A DNA stretch of 64,000 bases from assembly GCA_951406725.2 (NCBI GenBank), contig OX597837.1, positions 45,508,001 through 45,572,000 of the forward strand. The letters run 5' to 3'. Shown here one piece after another: positions 42,407 through 56,749 of this stretch (positions are counted from its first letter, which is position 1; every line of letters starts with the position of its first letter). This DNA comes from Octopus vulgaris (lineage: Eukaryota). The notes beneath the pieces are model-generated. The model was not told the origin of the DNA. It did no database searches and saw nothing but the letters and a program-made list of their open reading frames with translations. The translations under genes and the position numbers were made by a program.

Positions 42407-42907
42407 AAACAAGTAAAAAATAATAGAAGTCAACATTGTTTTACCCTAAAAGTGTGTTTGTCACTAAATATCTATAAGACCTAGATCTCAGGGGTCAGGA
42501 GAAATGTGTCGACCCCCTTCGAACTTTTTTTGCTTTCAATGCATTTTTCACCTGACAAAACACTTTTTTTTCTCAAGAAAGATTTCTTGAAGTATAATAT
42601 TAACTGCGCTACAACCTGCTGCCTGCCTTTGTACGAGAAACATTTGCATAAAAATGTTTGACTGGATCGTCCAAGGTGATGCTGAAGTAAGCATTCCGTT
42701 GTGTGCATCAAATAATGTCACGTAATTTAATACCAAAATATGCAAAACGTGCTCGCAGCACAGAAAAGTCTGAAACGAGTGTCTTACTTTCAGTGAATTT
42801 AAATTTCACAAGTACGTGCTTAGCTCCGATAAGTAGCTCCACAAAATAAAATTTATTGAAGTACAATTTTTCAGGTGTCTGAAAAGAAATATCAACCCCT
42901 CTATATT

Positions 42908-42943
<36 letters not shown>

Positions 42944-42945
42944 TA

Positions 42946-43041
<96 letters not shown>

Positions 43042-43097
43042 GGTAGAATAAGAAAGAGAAAGTCTTTGGTACAGTATTAGATATTTGGAAAAAATTT

Positions 43098-43161
43098 ATA
43101 GAAATGGCTTTTCTGATAATTATTAAAGTGTAAAAATTATCAGAAAAAAAGCCATTTCTAT
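43098..43161. repeat. ~24-bp inverted repeat near (TA)n
   Basis: atagaaatggcttttctgataatt / aattatcagaaaaaaagccatttctat. Confidence 0.85.
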
Positions 43162-43704
43162 TCATTTTTGTTCCATCACCCTCTCGAAACTTTTTACCAT
43201 TTGCGTATTATAAAACCAATTTTTCACCTTTTTTCCATTCCAATACGTTTATACGATTCTTGTGTAAAAATATTTAACCTCCATATACCTCCACACACAT
43301 CTATCACACTCTGCCTCACCTAGAAATTTTTCTTACTATTTCCTCACCGTTGGACATTCCATCCCACCACGCCGGTTTTTCACCAATGTTTGGTAGTTTT
43401 TTAATTTTAAATAACTTTTCTACTCGTCATCTCTCTCTTTCTTTCTTTCTCTCTCTCTCTCCCTCATTCTCTCTTTCTCTCTCTTTCTCTCTCTCTTTCT
43501 CTCTCTCTCTTTCTATCTAGCTGTCTCAGTTTTTGCCGGGGTTCAGTAAGTTTGAATAATTTCTCTCCGTTTTTTACTCTTGTCACAGAACCTTTTCTCT
43601 TACCCTCTTTCTCCGTCTCTCTCTTTCTCTCTCTCCCCCTCTCTCTCTCCCTCTCTCTCTCTTTCTCTCTCTCCCCCTCTCTCTCTCCCTCTCTCTCTCT
43701 CTTT

Positions 43705-44927
<1,223 letters not shown>

Positions 44928-44929
44928 AA

Positions 44930-45209
44930 TATTGTTATATTTCGGAATGGTCATATTGCCAGTATAGCCACTAAAAACGCACGCACTATATATTTGGTGT
45001 TATTTTGCTTCAGTGTTATTTATTTTTTACATTAATCTTAATCTTATTACGGCCAGAGTTCTTTCGTCACACTTCTGTGACCGCATCAGTGGTCCTTTGT
45101 TTTCTTCTTACTTATTTGTGTCTCTCCTTACTAACCATTCCGAAATATAACAATATCTGTTTCAACACACGACTTCACATAAAAAATCTTGCACAACAAA
45201 TATTTAAAC

Positions 45210-45210
<1 letters not shown>
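44930..45210 (-). mobile_element. HHR-bearing element with a 23-bp inverted segment, abutting (TA)n
   Basis: atattgttatatttcggaatggt (44930) / accattccgaaatataacaatat (to 45156). Confidence 0.75.
45053..45092 (-). ncRNA. Minimal hammerhead-like fold (A9C variant)
   Basis: CCA-CUGAUGC-G-GUCACA GAAG UGUGAC-GAAA-GAAC-UC-UGG. Confidence 0.65.
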
Positions 45211-45273
<63 letters not shown>

Positions 45274-45990
45274 ATGAGAAGATTTCGTTATACTTTGTAT
45301 TATATTTTTTATCGTTATTTTTGTCATTATCATTTTGGGTTTTCCCCCTCATCATTAGTTTTCCAGTTTATTCCCATTGTATTTTACATCTGTTATTTTG
45401 TGTTGCCCCGGTTTATGCTTTTTACTTCATTTATATTCTGCTCTTTATTTTACTTTGTTTTACTCCATTTTATTTTATTCCGTGCAATAATTGTTTATAC
45501 TTCTACAATACACAAACCATTTTAACAATGTTTTTAATAAAATTCCTAATAGTATTTAATTATAAAAATATAATAACCATTCGATGTTTTAAAAAAATCT
45601 CATAAGGGTCCACCCGAGTAAAACAGAAATCAAAGGAATCCACAGGCAAAAAAAGGGTTGAGAAACACAGGCCTAGAGCATTGTGGTGCCCCAGCATGGC
45701 CGCAAACTTCAATTCTTCCAGTTCGTCTTCTGCCAACTGCCTTGACGACCGCCCACGTTATAATCATTGTGACATATTAAAAATTATAAATTGTTATTAA
45801 AAGAACGGCTGGATATCTTTTCCATCGATTTGATTGGTCCATCCAGTTTCACTTTTGTCAGGAGAAGAATCTGTTTCATATTTGCGTATTTATATCGAAG
45901 TAATATTTATATTCCAATTAAAGAATCCCGTTTAAACTACTTCAGATTTCTTTAGTAGTAATAAAGATAAACATCACAGAGCTCTAACCG

Positions 45991-46058
45991 CTCACACATA
46001 TTTCGAATTTAATTTGATCTCTTCAGTTTAATATTGGGTTTGGAATTATTTTATGGAA
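45991..46058 (-). ncRNA. Decayed hammerhead-like motif, paralog of 50058-50097
   Basis: CUGAAGA-GAUCAAAUUAAAUUC-GAAA; shared upstream cataaaataatt. Confidence 0.5.
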
Positions 46059-46201
46059 AACGGAACATTTTGAAAGCAATCTTTTCAATATGGTAAAAAG
46101 AGAGAACGATTAAAAAACGGCAATAACTCTTTGCATAGCACCACTATGAAATAAACACAGAAAGCAAGTTAATTACTTATATGCACACACACACACACAT
46201 A

Positions 46202-46270
<69 letters not shown>

Positions 46271-46274
46271 ACAT

Positions 46275-46447
46275 ATTCTTTTATACCTTCATTTGTTTCA
46301 GTCATTTTGACACTGGCCATGCTAGAGCACCGCCTTTTAGTCGAAGAAATCGACCACATGACTTATTCTTTGTAAGCCTTGTACTTATTCTATCGGTCTC
46401 TTTTTGCCGAACCGCTAATTTACGTGAATGTAAACACACCAACATCG
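46275..46447 (-). mobile_element. SINE family B 3' half
   Basis: ggccatgctagagcaccgccttttagtcga. Confidence 0.88.
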
Positions 46448-46463
46448 TTTTTCATATATATAA

Positions 46464-46536
<73 letters not shown>

Positions 46537-46696
46537 TATACTGAGGGGGATTATAATCGCCCGAAAACCACCGATCGAAAATTCCCAATACTGGGCCGTC
46601 AGTTTCGGCAATTTCCGAAATGTGTGTGTGTATAATTATATACATAATTATAATCAAGGGTCAGTTAAGTGCATTGCCACGTACTGAATTAGAAAT

Positions 46697-46797
46697 AGAC
46701 GCTACGTTCTGAGTTCAAATTCCGCCGAGGTCGACTTTGTCTTTCATCCTTTCGGGATCGATTAAATAAGTACCAGTTATGCACTGGGGTCGATATA
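46697..46797 (+). mobile_element. SINE family A fragment
   Basis: gctacgttctgagttcaaattccgccgaggtcgac. Confidence 0.88.
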
Positions 46798-46879
46798 TAA
46801 GAGTGCCTTTACTTCTTTTGATCATCGCCACATATTAACGAACTCAATTTGTCGCATTTACTAGTGCATAAATCGCACT

Positions 46880-47001
46880 ATTTTACACTGATTCTAACCT
46901 CAAAACAATTATTGTTGGATTTATACACGGAGCAAAGAAGAGGAAAATAATTCGGGGTGCGTCGTATACACGAGTGCGATTTATACACGAGCGAATACGA
47001 T
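46880..47001 (+). mobile_element. Possible pogo-type MITE right end
   Basis: Subterminal repeats tatacacg three times, ending gaatacgata. Confidence 0.45.
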
Positions 47002-47376
47002 AGAATGTTCTGACCTTTTGTGTGAGAATCCTTTACTTTCAGTTTATGAGGGTAAGAATGTATCACATACTTATATATTTCGCACCAATAATTATATTCC
47101 GATTGTAGTATCCTGTTTAATCTATTTCGTATTTATTTTCGTAAAAATAGCGATAAAAATAATGAAACTCTGATCACACATATATATATTTATTTATAGG
47201 TAGAACGATATTAATTTGATTTCTTTGGTGTAATATTGAATTTTAAATTATTTTATGGAAATCAGATAAGTTATTTAAATCCGATAGATACTTTCAAATC
47301 AGGAAGCTATCTACACACACGTATACAAGTACGTATGTATATATATCTATATATGTATATATATCTATATATGTGT

Positions 47377-47428
<52 letters not shown>

Positions 47429-47534
47429 AAATATATACATATATATACACACACAAAACTCACAGACATACATATACATACACATATATATACATATAAA
47501 TATATACATACATATATATCCATATCTCATACTA

Positions 47535-47588
<54 letters not shown>

Positions 47589-48074
47589 TTTATATATATA
47601 TATATACATATACGTAGTATAACATATGGATTCGCAAAATCACGCAGCTATCACAGTAAGCTCCTCGTACGGATTCAGTTATCGGTCCAGATAGTAATTA
47701 TTAACAAAGTAATATAATCCGAGCGATAAAATTATTCTGTGTGGAGCATATAGAAACATTATGTCAGAGAGGCGAATATAGATTTATCGGAACCACATAA
47801 CTTCCAAAGGATTACATCCGTTTCGTAGCCTCCTACATGTAGTATTAATTTCAGTATACAATAAACAATGCGTACTTGTTTGTTTTAATATGCGTACACA
47901 GCATTACCCAGTACAATTGTATATTCACAAATTAGTGCAAATGAAGAAAAGTAGCTGATCAGATCATAAGAACGTCATGATAATTACCTGTCTGTGTATA
48001 TATCTATGTCTGTCTGTCTGTATGTATGTATCTATCTACGTCTCTATTCGTTTATCTATCTATCAGCCCACCTA

Positions 48075-48122
<48 letters not shown>

Positions 48123-48194
48123 TATATATATATATGCGTGTGTGTGTGTGTATACATTCATATCCCCCTCTCTCTCTCTTTCCCTCTCTCTTTT

Positions 48195-48227
<33 letters not shown>

Positions 48228-48775
48228 TGTATATATAGTTAAATAAGATTTGGGTAAAATCCTTGTAATATTCTATGCAAACCTCGTTCACACTGAGTGA
48301 AACGACAGGGTATGATGAAGCACTTATTTAAACAATGACCTGAGGTGTAATTTTACACATTGGACAGATGGTAATAATTATATAACATCTCACCAATGTA
48401 CTCCGTGTGTAAAAAGGCATCGCAACAATTGTAGTGATTTTAAGTAAAGCATGTCATTCATTCCATTTTCTATTACATACATATACGTACCAGTTGAGTA
48501 CTGGGGGTCGATGTAATTGACTAGACCCCTCTCCCAAGCTTGCTGGCCATGTACCAAAATTCTAAACCAATATATTACTCTGCGTGGATGTTTAAATAAT
48601 TCATATAAACATCTATGGCTCTGAATGTTGGGTAATGACCGAAAGAGTGCAAAGAGTATGAAGCCGTTACTCCCACCGTCCATCGTCGCAGCGGAGAGAA
48701 TATGTAGACACATATCTAACGTCCCACCAGACCGTGAAACTCCGACGTCTCTGTTATTTCAATTATTATAAAGAT

Positions 48776-48841
<66 letters not shown>

Positions 48842-48870
48842 TTCATTTAAAAGCAGCAGAAATTTCAATA

Positions 48871-48916
48871 AAAGCTGTTACTCGGAGTTTCACGTTCCCG
48901 TTCGTCGGACAGTTTT
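48871..48916 (-). ncRNA. Type I hammerhead-like fold (U4C)
   Basis: AAAACUGU-CCGACGA-ACG GGAA CGU-GAAA-CUCCGAG-UA-ACAGCUUU; flanked by a 20-bp IR (48845-48864 / 48923-48942) within TA arrays. Confidence 0.75.
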
Positions 48917-49079
48917 GTTAACAATTTCTGCTGCTTTTAAATAAAGCATATTACTCTACCCCTGGTATTTGAGTACTCTTTTTTCCACCTTGTTTCACAT
49001 TTATGTGTTTACTCCGGTATATATATAATTTTGTAGATCAGTGAATTTATTTCACTCGACAGCTAGCAAGGCAAGCTAC

Positions 49080-49122
49080 TCCAGACTGATGAAGAGCAAT
49101 AATCCTAAAACTAGTCTCTGGA
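49080..49122 (+). ncRNA. Type I hammerhead with G12A substitution (likely inactive copy)
   Basis: UCCAGA-CUGAUGA-AG..CU-AAAA-CUAG-UC-UCUGGA; palindromic ACUAGU. Confidence 0.75.
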
Positions 49123-49457
49123 TGCTGGCTTTGCTGGGTGGGGGTGCTTATCTCCCATGTTTGAAAACTTAAGGACACAGTACGCTTGTATCACATAACC
49201 AACTGGAAACGGTGTTTCGTGGGGCTAAATAGCAGTAGCATTCTTCCCCTTGCTGGGACTGCCGCATTAAGTTGGCAACAAACCACCATCACTTTATATA
49301 TAAGTGTGTGTGTGTGTGTGTGTGTGTGTTGTCACATTTTGCAGCTTTTCCTGCATCTTTGTCCCTTTTGTGCATCGGGTATTGGGTTGATATTTCTTGT
49401 TCCTGGATTGCAAACATTTAAAGTGCTAGGTATATACATATATATATATATATATAA

Positions 49458-49492
<35 letters not shown>

Positions 49493-49790
49493 TGTATGTA
49501 TGTATGTATGTATGTATGTATGTATGTATGTATGTATGTATGTATGTATGTATGTATGTATGTGTGTATGTTTGTATGCATGTATGTATGTATGTATGTA
49601 TGTATGTATGTATGTATGTGTATGTATGTATGTATGTATGTATGTATAGATAGATAGATGGCATTCATACATATAAACATAATACATACACAATTATGCA
49701 CTTCTGTATAAATATATATTTATACATATACACATACAAATATTTATACACATATGTATACATGTGTATACACATATATTTATTCATAAC

Positions 49791-49822
<32 letters not shown>

Positions 49823-50057
49823 CGTGTGCATATATGTATGTATTTATATAGTCGTGTATTTATACATGTATGGATAGATGGATGGCTTCATGGATGCATG
49901 CATACATGCATGTATGCATGTATATATATATTTGTATTTATCTAAGTACATTCACAACCGTCTCCCTCACTACCTTTCCCAGTTGAAACTCTATCTGATT
50001 TGAAGAAAAAAATATATATATTTATCTGGTTTCATAAAATAATTTCAACTTCAGTAT

Positions 50058-50097
50058 TACACTAAAGAGATCAAATTAAGATCGAAATAAGTATGTG
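50058..50097 (+). ncRNA. Decayed hammerhead (G5A)
   Basis: UACA-CUAAAGA-GAUC AAAUUAA GAUC-GAAA-UAAG-UA-UGUG. Confidence 0.55.
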
Positions 50098-50790
50098 CAA
50101 TTGGAAATTTATTATTTTTTTTATTTCTGTTGCTATGAAATATATATGAAATAGATTAAATTTGATTCTACAATTGGAAAACTATTGCTAGGAAATAAAT
50201 ACGAAACATAAAACAGATTCGTCTCTTCGCAAAAATAAAAACGATGGGACCAATAAAATGATGTCTGTATGCATGTGCGTAAGCTTGTGAACTGCATGAT
50301 GCAATTGCGTTCTAGCTCTATCTTATTTACCATATTTTGTTGGGGTTCTTTTTTTTGCATATTTTCGCATGTGTTCTTACAAATGTCATCATCCTTTCGT
50401 AGTCACATCTTCAGAATTAAGTAATGTTGGCGTATGTTGCTCTAACTTTACTCTAATCAGAAAGAATTTGAAAGTTCTTAATATTACTGAAGGGATTTGA
50501 ATTTTCATGGTTAGATATATGCGTTATTATTCAGGTACTATTTTGCTATTTCATTCCTTTACGCTGTCCATGTCCTTTGTGTTGTGGTGTGAGTATTGCC
50601 TCCATTATTAATTGCGTAATTTCGCGGTTAATTATTTACATAATGGAAGCGTTGTCAGCAAACGTTTATCTAGTTTTCCTTTACGTCCTAAGTGTATCGC
50701 AAATCGGTGAGGGTGTCTTGTATTTTGTAGCTTATACATACATGTGTGTGCATGTGTGTGTGTTTATACATAAACACATTTATATATATA

Positions 50791-50831
<41 letters not shown>

Positions 50832-50854
50832 CATTATTGGTGATATATATATAT

Positions 50855-50902
<48 letters not shown>

Positions 50903-51163
50903 CATATATATATATGTGCGTGTGTGTGTGTGTATATACATATATATATATATATAAAGCGAAGATGACTAGGCGCAATATAAAACCAAGAAGCACTTGT
51001 CAAAGTTCTTTATAGCCACAAAAAGTATTTTGCCTATGGACTAACAGGGGAAACTGGTGCTATTTTGATACCAATAATATCACATGACCTTAGCTGACCA
51101 AAAGAGACCTCGACACCTAGAAGTCATCATGAACTTCTCTAAAACCTTCCACTCGGTCTACAA

Positions 51164-51215
51164 GCATCTGATGAGACAGGCATATTCTATTCGCCCACGA
51201 AACTGCCAGTCATGT
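51164..51215 (+). ncRNA. Type I hammerhead with fully canonical core and eroded stem II
   Basis: GCAU-CUGAUGA-G..GGC..GCC..C-GAAA-CUG C CAG-UC-AUGU. Confidence 0.7.
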
Positions 51216-51337
51216 GGAGAGCTAGTCAACTGTTATATTAAGATTATATGTAAATCCTACGAAATGCCGAAGTGCTTCTTTCTTTCCTTTGATCACACGA
51301 GTTATATGTGTGTGTGTATGCATGTATGTATTATATG

Positions 51338-51378
<41 letters not shown>

Positions 51379-51599
51379 ACACACACACATACACACACTT
51401 ACACATACAGAGGCACAAAAGAGGAATAAACCAAATTATATAATTACTATTTTTGCCTACGTAAAGACTTTTTCACAATTTTCTGATTTCCATTTATTAT
51501 CATTATTGCTATTGTTGCTGTCGTTGCTGTTGTTGTTGTTGTTATTGCTTATGTAACAACTTTCTCTGCTTTCCGCTTTCCATTATTAAAATTATCATG

Positions 51600-51688
51600 G
51601 TATCATTATCGTTACCAACGTCGTCGCCGTCGTCATCATCATCGTCATCATCATCATCGTCATCATCATCATCATCATCATCATCATC

Positions 51689-51723
<35 letters not shown>

Positions 51724-51941
51724 TACGTCATCGTCAGCGTCAACATCATCATCAACGTCATCATCGTCCTCATCATCATCGTCATCATCATTGTCATCGT
51801 CAGCGTCAACATCATCATCATCATCATCGTCATCATCGTTGTCGCCATCATCATCATCATCATCATTATAATAATCGTTGCCATCGTCGTCGTCGTCATC
51901 ACCATCATCAACATCATCATCCTTCTAATCATCATCAGCAT

Positions 51942-51974
<33 letters not shown>

Positions 51975-52090
51975 CGTTGTCGTCGTCATCATCATCATCC
52001 TTATCATCATCATCATCACCATCATCAACAACATCACTGTAGTCATAGTCATCAAAATCATTATTCCTACAGTCATTACTATTACAATAA
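51600..52090. repeat. (CAT/CGT/TAA)n trinucleotide region
   Basis: Seen directly; source of the poly-Ser and poly-His ORFs. Confidence 0.95.
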
Positions 52091-52148
52091 TCCTGTTCTT
52101 CATCTTCGACAATATCATTTAAATCATGAGCGTATATACATATATACA

Positions 52149-52228
52149 TATGCAATATATGCAATATATGCAATATATGCAATATATGCAATATATGCAA
52201 TATATGCAATATATGCAATATATGTAAT
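52149..52228. repeat. (GCAATATAT) tandem 9-mer, about 8 copies
   Basis: Seen directly. Confidence 0.95.
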
Positions 52229-52755
52229 ATGTAATATAGTATGCGCAGGATGATGATAATGATGATGTGTGTGTGTATTGCAATACTGCTAGCTATGAGG
52301 GTGAGTGTGATGGTATCTATTCAATTATAACCTCCATTAAAGAAAACGGAATCATGGTGGTTGCAGCTGGGACTTCAGGTTCTGTTCACCTCATGTGTGT
52401 GTGGGAGAGTAGGAGAGAGAGAGAGAGAGAGAGGGTGTGTGTGGGGGGAGAGAGGTAGAGAGAGAGTGTGTGTGTGTGTGTGTGTGTGTGTATGCTTGTG
52501 TGTGTATGTAGACAGATATATATATATATATATATATAGATAGATAGATAGATACACATATATATAATATACACTTGTTTTGTATATATACATATTTGTA
52601 TATATGTGTGTGTATGTGTGTGTATGTGTGCGTGTGTGTATAATTATCCAAGTATATACATATACATACATACATACATACATACATATATCTGTCAATC
52701 TCACTTTATATATATGTACTTATATAAATACATGTATATGTGCGCGTGTGTTTAA

Positions 52756-52818
<63 letters not shown>

Positions 52819-53190
52819 GTTTAAACATTACATATATTTTTAATGTCGATATATATATATACACACACACACACATATATACGCAAAAGTGTAAAATACA
52901 CACACACTCGCACTCACATACACACACACATACACACACATGCAGATGCACAGAGAAAGTGATAAAAGTCATTTTTTCTTTATATTCATATTTTCCATAA
53001 TGTTCTTAATATTTAATACTAAATTCAAGTGCTTCTCTCCCAGTATCAGACTCGGCAATCTAACTTACCAACTCCGGTGTCTTAGCTTAGATATGATAAC
53101 TTCCTTGCATTTTTCGACAAACTTTCGGCAACATATTTCATAATTTACACCGAGTGTTTAACATATATATACATATATATATATAAATAA

Positions 53191-53242
<52 letters not shown>

Positions 53243-53276
53243 TAAAAACCAATCCATTCTTGTTGCTTCTTTCTCG

Positions 53277-53439
<163 letters not shown>

Positions 53440-53734
53440 CATACACCCCTTCTGGCTAATTCTGGTTGGTGTTTTCTTTTTTTGCTTTTTATTTGTTGTT
53501 GCTTTCGTCTTTATTTCTTTCATTCTTGGTTCGTTTCTTAGTTGCCTGTTTTGCTCTCAGGAATTCGACATTCAATTCTATACACATACTCTCACACATA
53601 TATTTATCTGAGTGTGTTATGTTTGTGCTTGATATATAAATGTATATATCCCTGTGTGTATGCGTGTATATGTGTATATAGCACATATACATCAATATAT
53701 TGTGCATATATATACATGCACATATATTTCTTTT

Positions 53735-53910
53735 TCTTTTATTCTTTTCAGTCATTTAAGTGCACCCATGCTGGAGCACCGCCTTTAGTCGAACAAATCT
53801 ACCCCAGGGCTTATTCTTTGTAAGCCCAGTACTTATTCTATCGGTCACTTTTGGCCAACTGCTAAGTTACAGAGACGTAAACACACCAGCATCGGTTATC
53901 AAGCGATGGC
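53735..53910 (-). mobile_element. SINE family B 3' half
   Basis: ccatgctggagcaccgcctttagtcgaac. Confidence 0.88.
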
Positions 53911-53967
53911 AAATAGATGAAATTATTATTATTATCATTATTATTATTATTAAAATTATAATTATAA

Positions 53968-54092
53968 TTCTTTCTGCTATAGGCACAAGGCCAGTAATTT
54001 TAGAGAGAAGGGGTTAGTCGATACCATCTACCCCAGTACTCGACTAGTTCTTCTTTTTTATCGACTCCCGAAAGGATGAAAGGCAACGTTGA
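53968..54092 (-). mobile_element. SINE family A variant, 3' part
   Basis: tcgactcccgaaaggatgaaaggcaacgttgac. Confidence 0.75.
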
Positions 54093-54098
54093 CTGATG

Positions 54099-54184
<86 letters not shown>

Positions 54185-54389
54185 GAGAAGAGCATTGTCG
54201 ATGTGAGAACTATTACTACCCATGTATTTTAATTTAACTTAAAAAAACTATTGAGTTTAGTTTAATGGCCTACCAATGTATACTATGAGTTTCTTTGCCC
54301 TAGGAGTCGGGAAGACACTCGGCAAGAAATGGAAGCAAATTTGAAAGAGGAAAAAAATAATAATAATAATGATGATGATGATGATGATG

Positions 54390-54457
<68 letters not shown>

Positions 54458-54458
<1 letters not shown>

Positions 54459-54590
54459 GGGTTTTATGGAATTTCTCTATGGAGACCAACCACACTACTG
54501 AAGGAAAGAAACCAGATGTGACCAAAGAGGGCAGAAAAACAAAACAATGTAAGATCATAGACTTTGCTGTAGTATATGATAATATTAATA
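54458..54590 (+). mobile_element. R4/Dong-like endonuclease fragment adjoining (TAA)n
   Basis: RVLWNFSMETNHTTEGKKPDVTKEGRKTKQCKIIDFAVVYD fits the LWDF.IQTD...RPD...C.IID.A.P.D pattern. Confidence 0.78.
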
Positions 54591-54962
54591 ATTTTGTAAT
54601 TAATTTTGGAAAAAAAAAAATAAGCATGGTTTTAGTTTTTTAAATTAAATTACATACATGAGTAGCTATCAAAGTAATCATATAAATATTAGTGATAAAG
54701 GAATGGGATATATAGCATTGAAATATGTGTGTAAAATCATTTGAAGTTTGCCCGATTGCTCCTCAGAAAAGCAGGCCCAGCCATAACTAGTATGCAACAT
54801 GGTTCCACATGGTGTGATCAGCAAATTATATAGCAGAGTACGGTGTGTTGTAATGATACAGCAGAAATTAAAGGATGTTATATTGGGATACTGGGACATG
54901 CTGTGTAACAATTGAAAGGTTTGTAAATTTGCTCTGGAGAAAACGAACCATATTATATAGAT

Positions 54963-55181
54963 CAGTGCTTTTCAAACTTTTTGCTGGAGCGGAACCCCAA
55001 GGAAACATTCCACTGGCTCGAGGAACCCCTGTGCAATAATTTAATAGTCTTATGCACACATATCTGCACAGGAGAATTAAAAATTACTGCCGATTTTTGC
55101 AGTTTTGTAACTTCTTGTGGAACCCCTGGACTGTACTGGCGGAACCCTAATGTTCCGTGGAACCCTGGTTGAAAACCACTG
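54963..55181 (+). mobile_element. Complete hAT-type MITE
   Basis: TIR cagtgcttttcaa / ttgaaaaccactg; TSD ATATAGAT / GTATAGAT (7 of 8 match). Confidence 0.93.
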
Positions 55182-55267
55182 GTATAGATATTTATTAGAG
55201 TATAGTTTGTTGTAATGGTACAGTAGAAACTAAAGTACATTATATTAGGATATTAGGGTGTGGTGTG

Positions 55268-55473
55268 CAATAACACTGTGTAATAAAATTTTTTATTTTA
55301 TTTATTTATTTATCTATTTATTTATTTTGGCCCTTGGGCTATCTAGAAATCAAAGGGAATGATTACGATTCCCTTCAAACTTTGCTTTTGTGGCCTGGAC
55401 GTCAATGTTTTCAAACTGATCTTTTTTCCATTACATTTCAGACAGATTCAGCCCCGAGTTGCTGAAGCAGAAA
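55268..55473 (+). repeat. Unclassified interspersed repeat, copy 2
   Basis: Colinear with 1117-1323. Confidence 0.85.
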
Positions 55474-56749
55474 TATCGTTATAGCAAATATTCTGCTCAG
55501 TACCACAGATTTGTTTGTCAGTTGCTTGACCATAACCGCTTGAGCATGACCCTTAGTGGCTGACACTATGTGCATCTCTGATCATGAACAGACAAAGATA
55601 TATGAGAGATCCAGAAAACACCCCTCCACATCTTTCGCCCAGCAACACCAAGTTTTCCTTGGCTGAATCCAACTAGAAATAAGAAAAAGAATTGTTCTTT
55701 ATATTTGCCAGCCAACACTTCCCAGCAACTCGAGCCTAACTAGTCAATACCATGTTCTATTCTTATCTCGCTATATTCTCTACCAGTAGTTATTAGAAGT
55801 TTATATTCAATTGTTTTGTTGTTCAATAAACCGCACAATAAAAATATGCAATTATGTTCGCATCTATTCATTATGACATAACACGTTGCTGAAACAGTAA
55901 CCAATAACAACTCACCACTCATAACTAATACCAACTCACCGGAATTTGGCATAAAAAAAGACAAATTTATTTATACAGCGCAACAAAGCCTTGATTCACT
56001 GTAAACTACTATACACTAGAATAAATAATTGAAATGGCTATAAAATGAAACCGAAGTCTACAGTCATGTGTGTGTAGGTTTTTTAAAAAGTTAAAACTGT
56101 TGTGGTTATTCGAAACTTGAAATGCCACGACCAAACCACAATAGTTTCACGTGATCGGTCTATTAAGCAACTGAACAGCGCGAAGCCATTGCGTGATTTA
56201 ATCTTCCAGAATCTTCCTCTTGTACTCTATAAAAGATCGCTTTTGGCCGTAATTAATTACAGAACGTTGAGGCAATTGAGCAACATGTGCCTCCATTCTT
56301 GCCACGTAGACAGTCAACGCAGAAGGCCTAGGACAGATGACCAAGAACCTTCATCGCCACGAAAATAGCACAATTGATTCCAGGCATGTTGGTCCGACTG
56401 AATGTTGTTGTACATATAGCGTTCTGTAATCTCAGAGCTGTATCTCTCTCCCAGTCTGGAATCATTTCTGTTGTTAATTGTAAATAACCAACACCAGTCG
56501 TCTTCATGTGCGACAATAAATATTTCATATAAGCATTCACGGGTTTCACTTCAATTGTTCATGCAGCCGACGAAACACGTCGTAGTTCCACAATTACAAC
56601 CCAACTCCTTTAACTCCGTCACAAAGCAAATAGATTCGAAGTGTCTGATAGGAAAAGAGCAAGAATGAATTATTACGAGTACATCCAAGAGCGGTTTGTG
56701 GGATCTTAAAGAGAGACAGGTTACATAATTATATTATTATACATCTTTT

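Noticed and set aside
47810-47965. Possible minus-strand hammerhead with a long stem II
   Set aside because: Neither the stem II ends nor stem I pair.
51084-51170. MNFSKTFHSV resembling the RT motif DFSKAFDSV
   Set aside because: Too short, with no further RT motifs; the adjacent sequence is better explained by the hammerhead element.
52149-52228. CRISPR-like or coding repeat (YAI)n
   Set aside because: Pure 9-mer tandem without spacers, derived from TA-rich sequence.
54700-54910. Possible CR1/L2 RT C-terminal remnant on the minus strand
   Set aside because: Similarity is too weak to call by eye.
56100-56700. Complex non-repeat stretch with short ORFs
   Set aside because: No recognisable domain or convincing splice sites; left unassigned.
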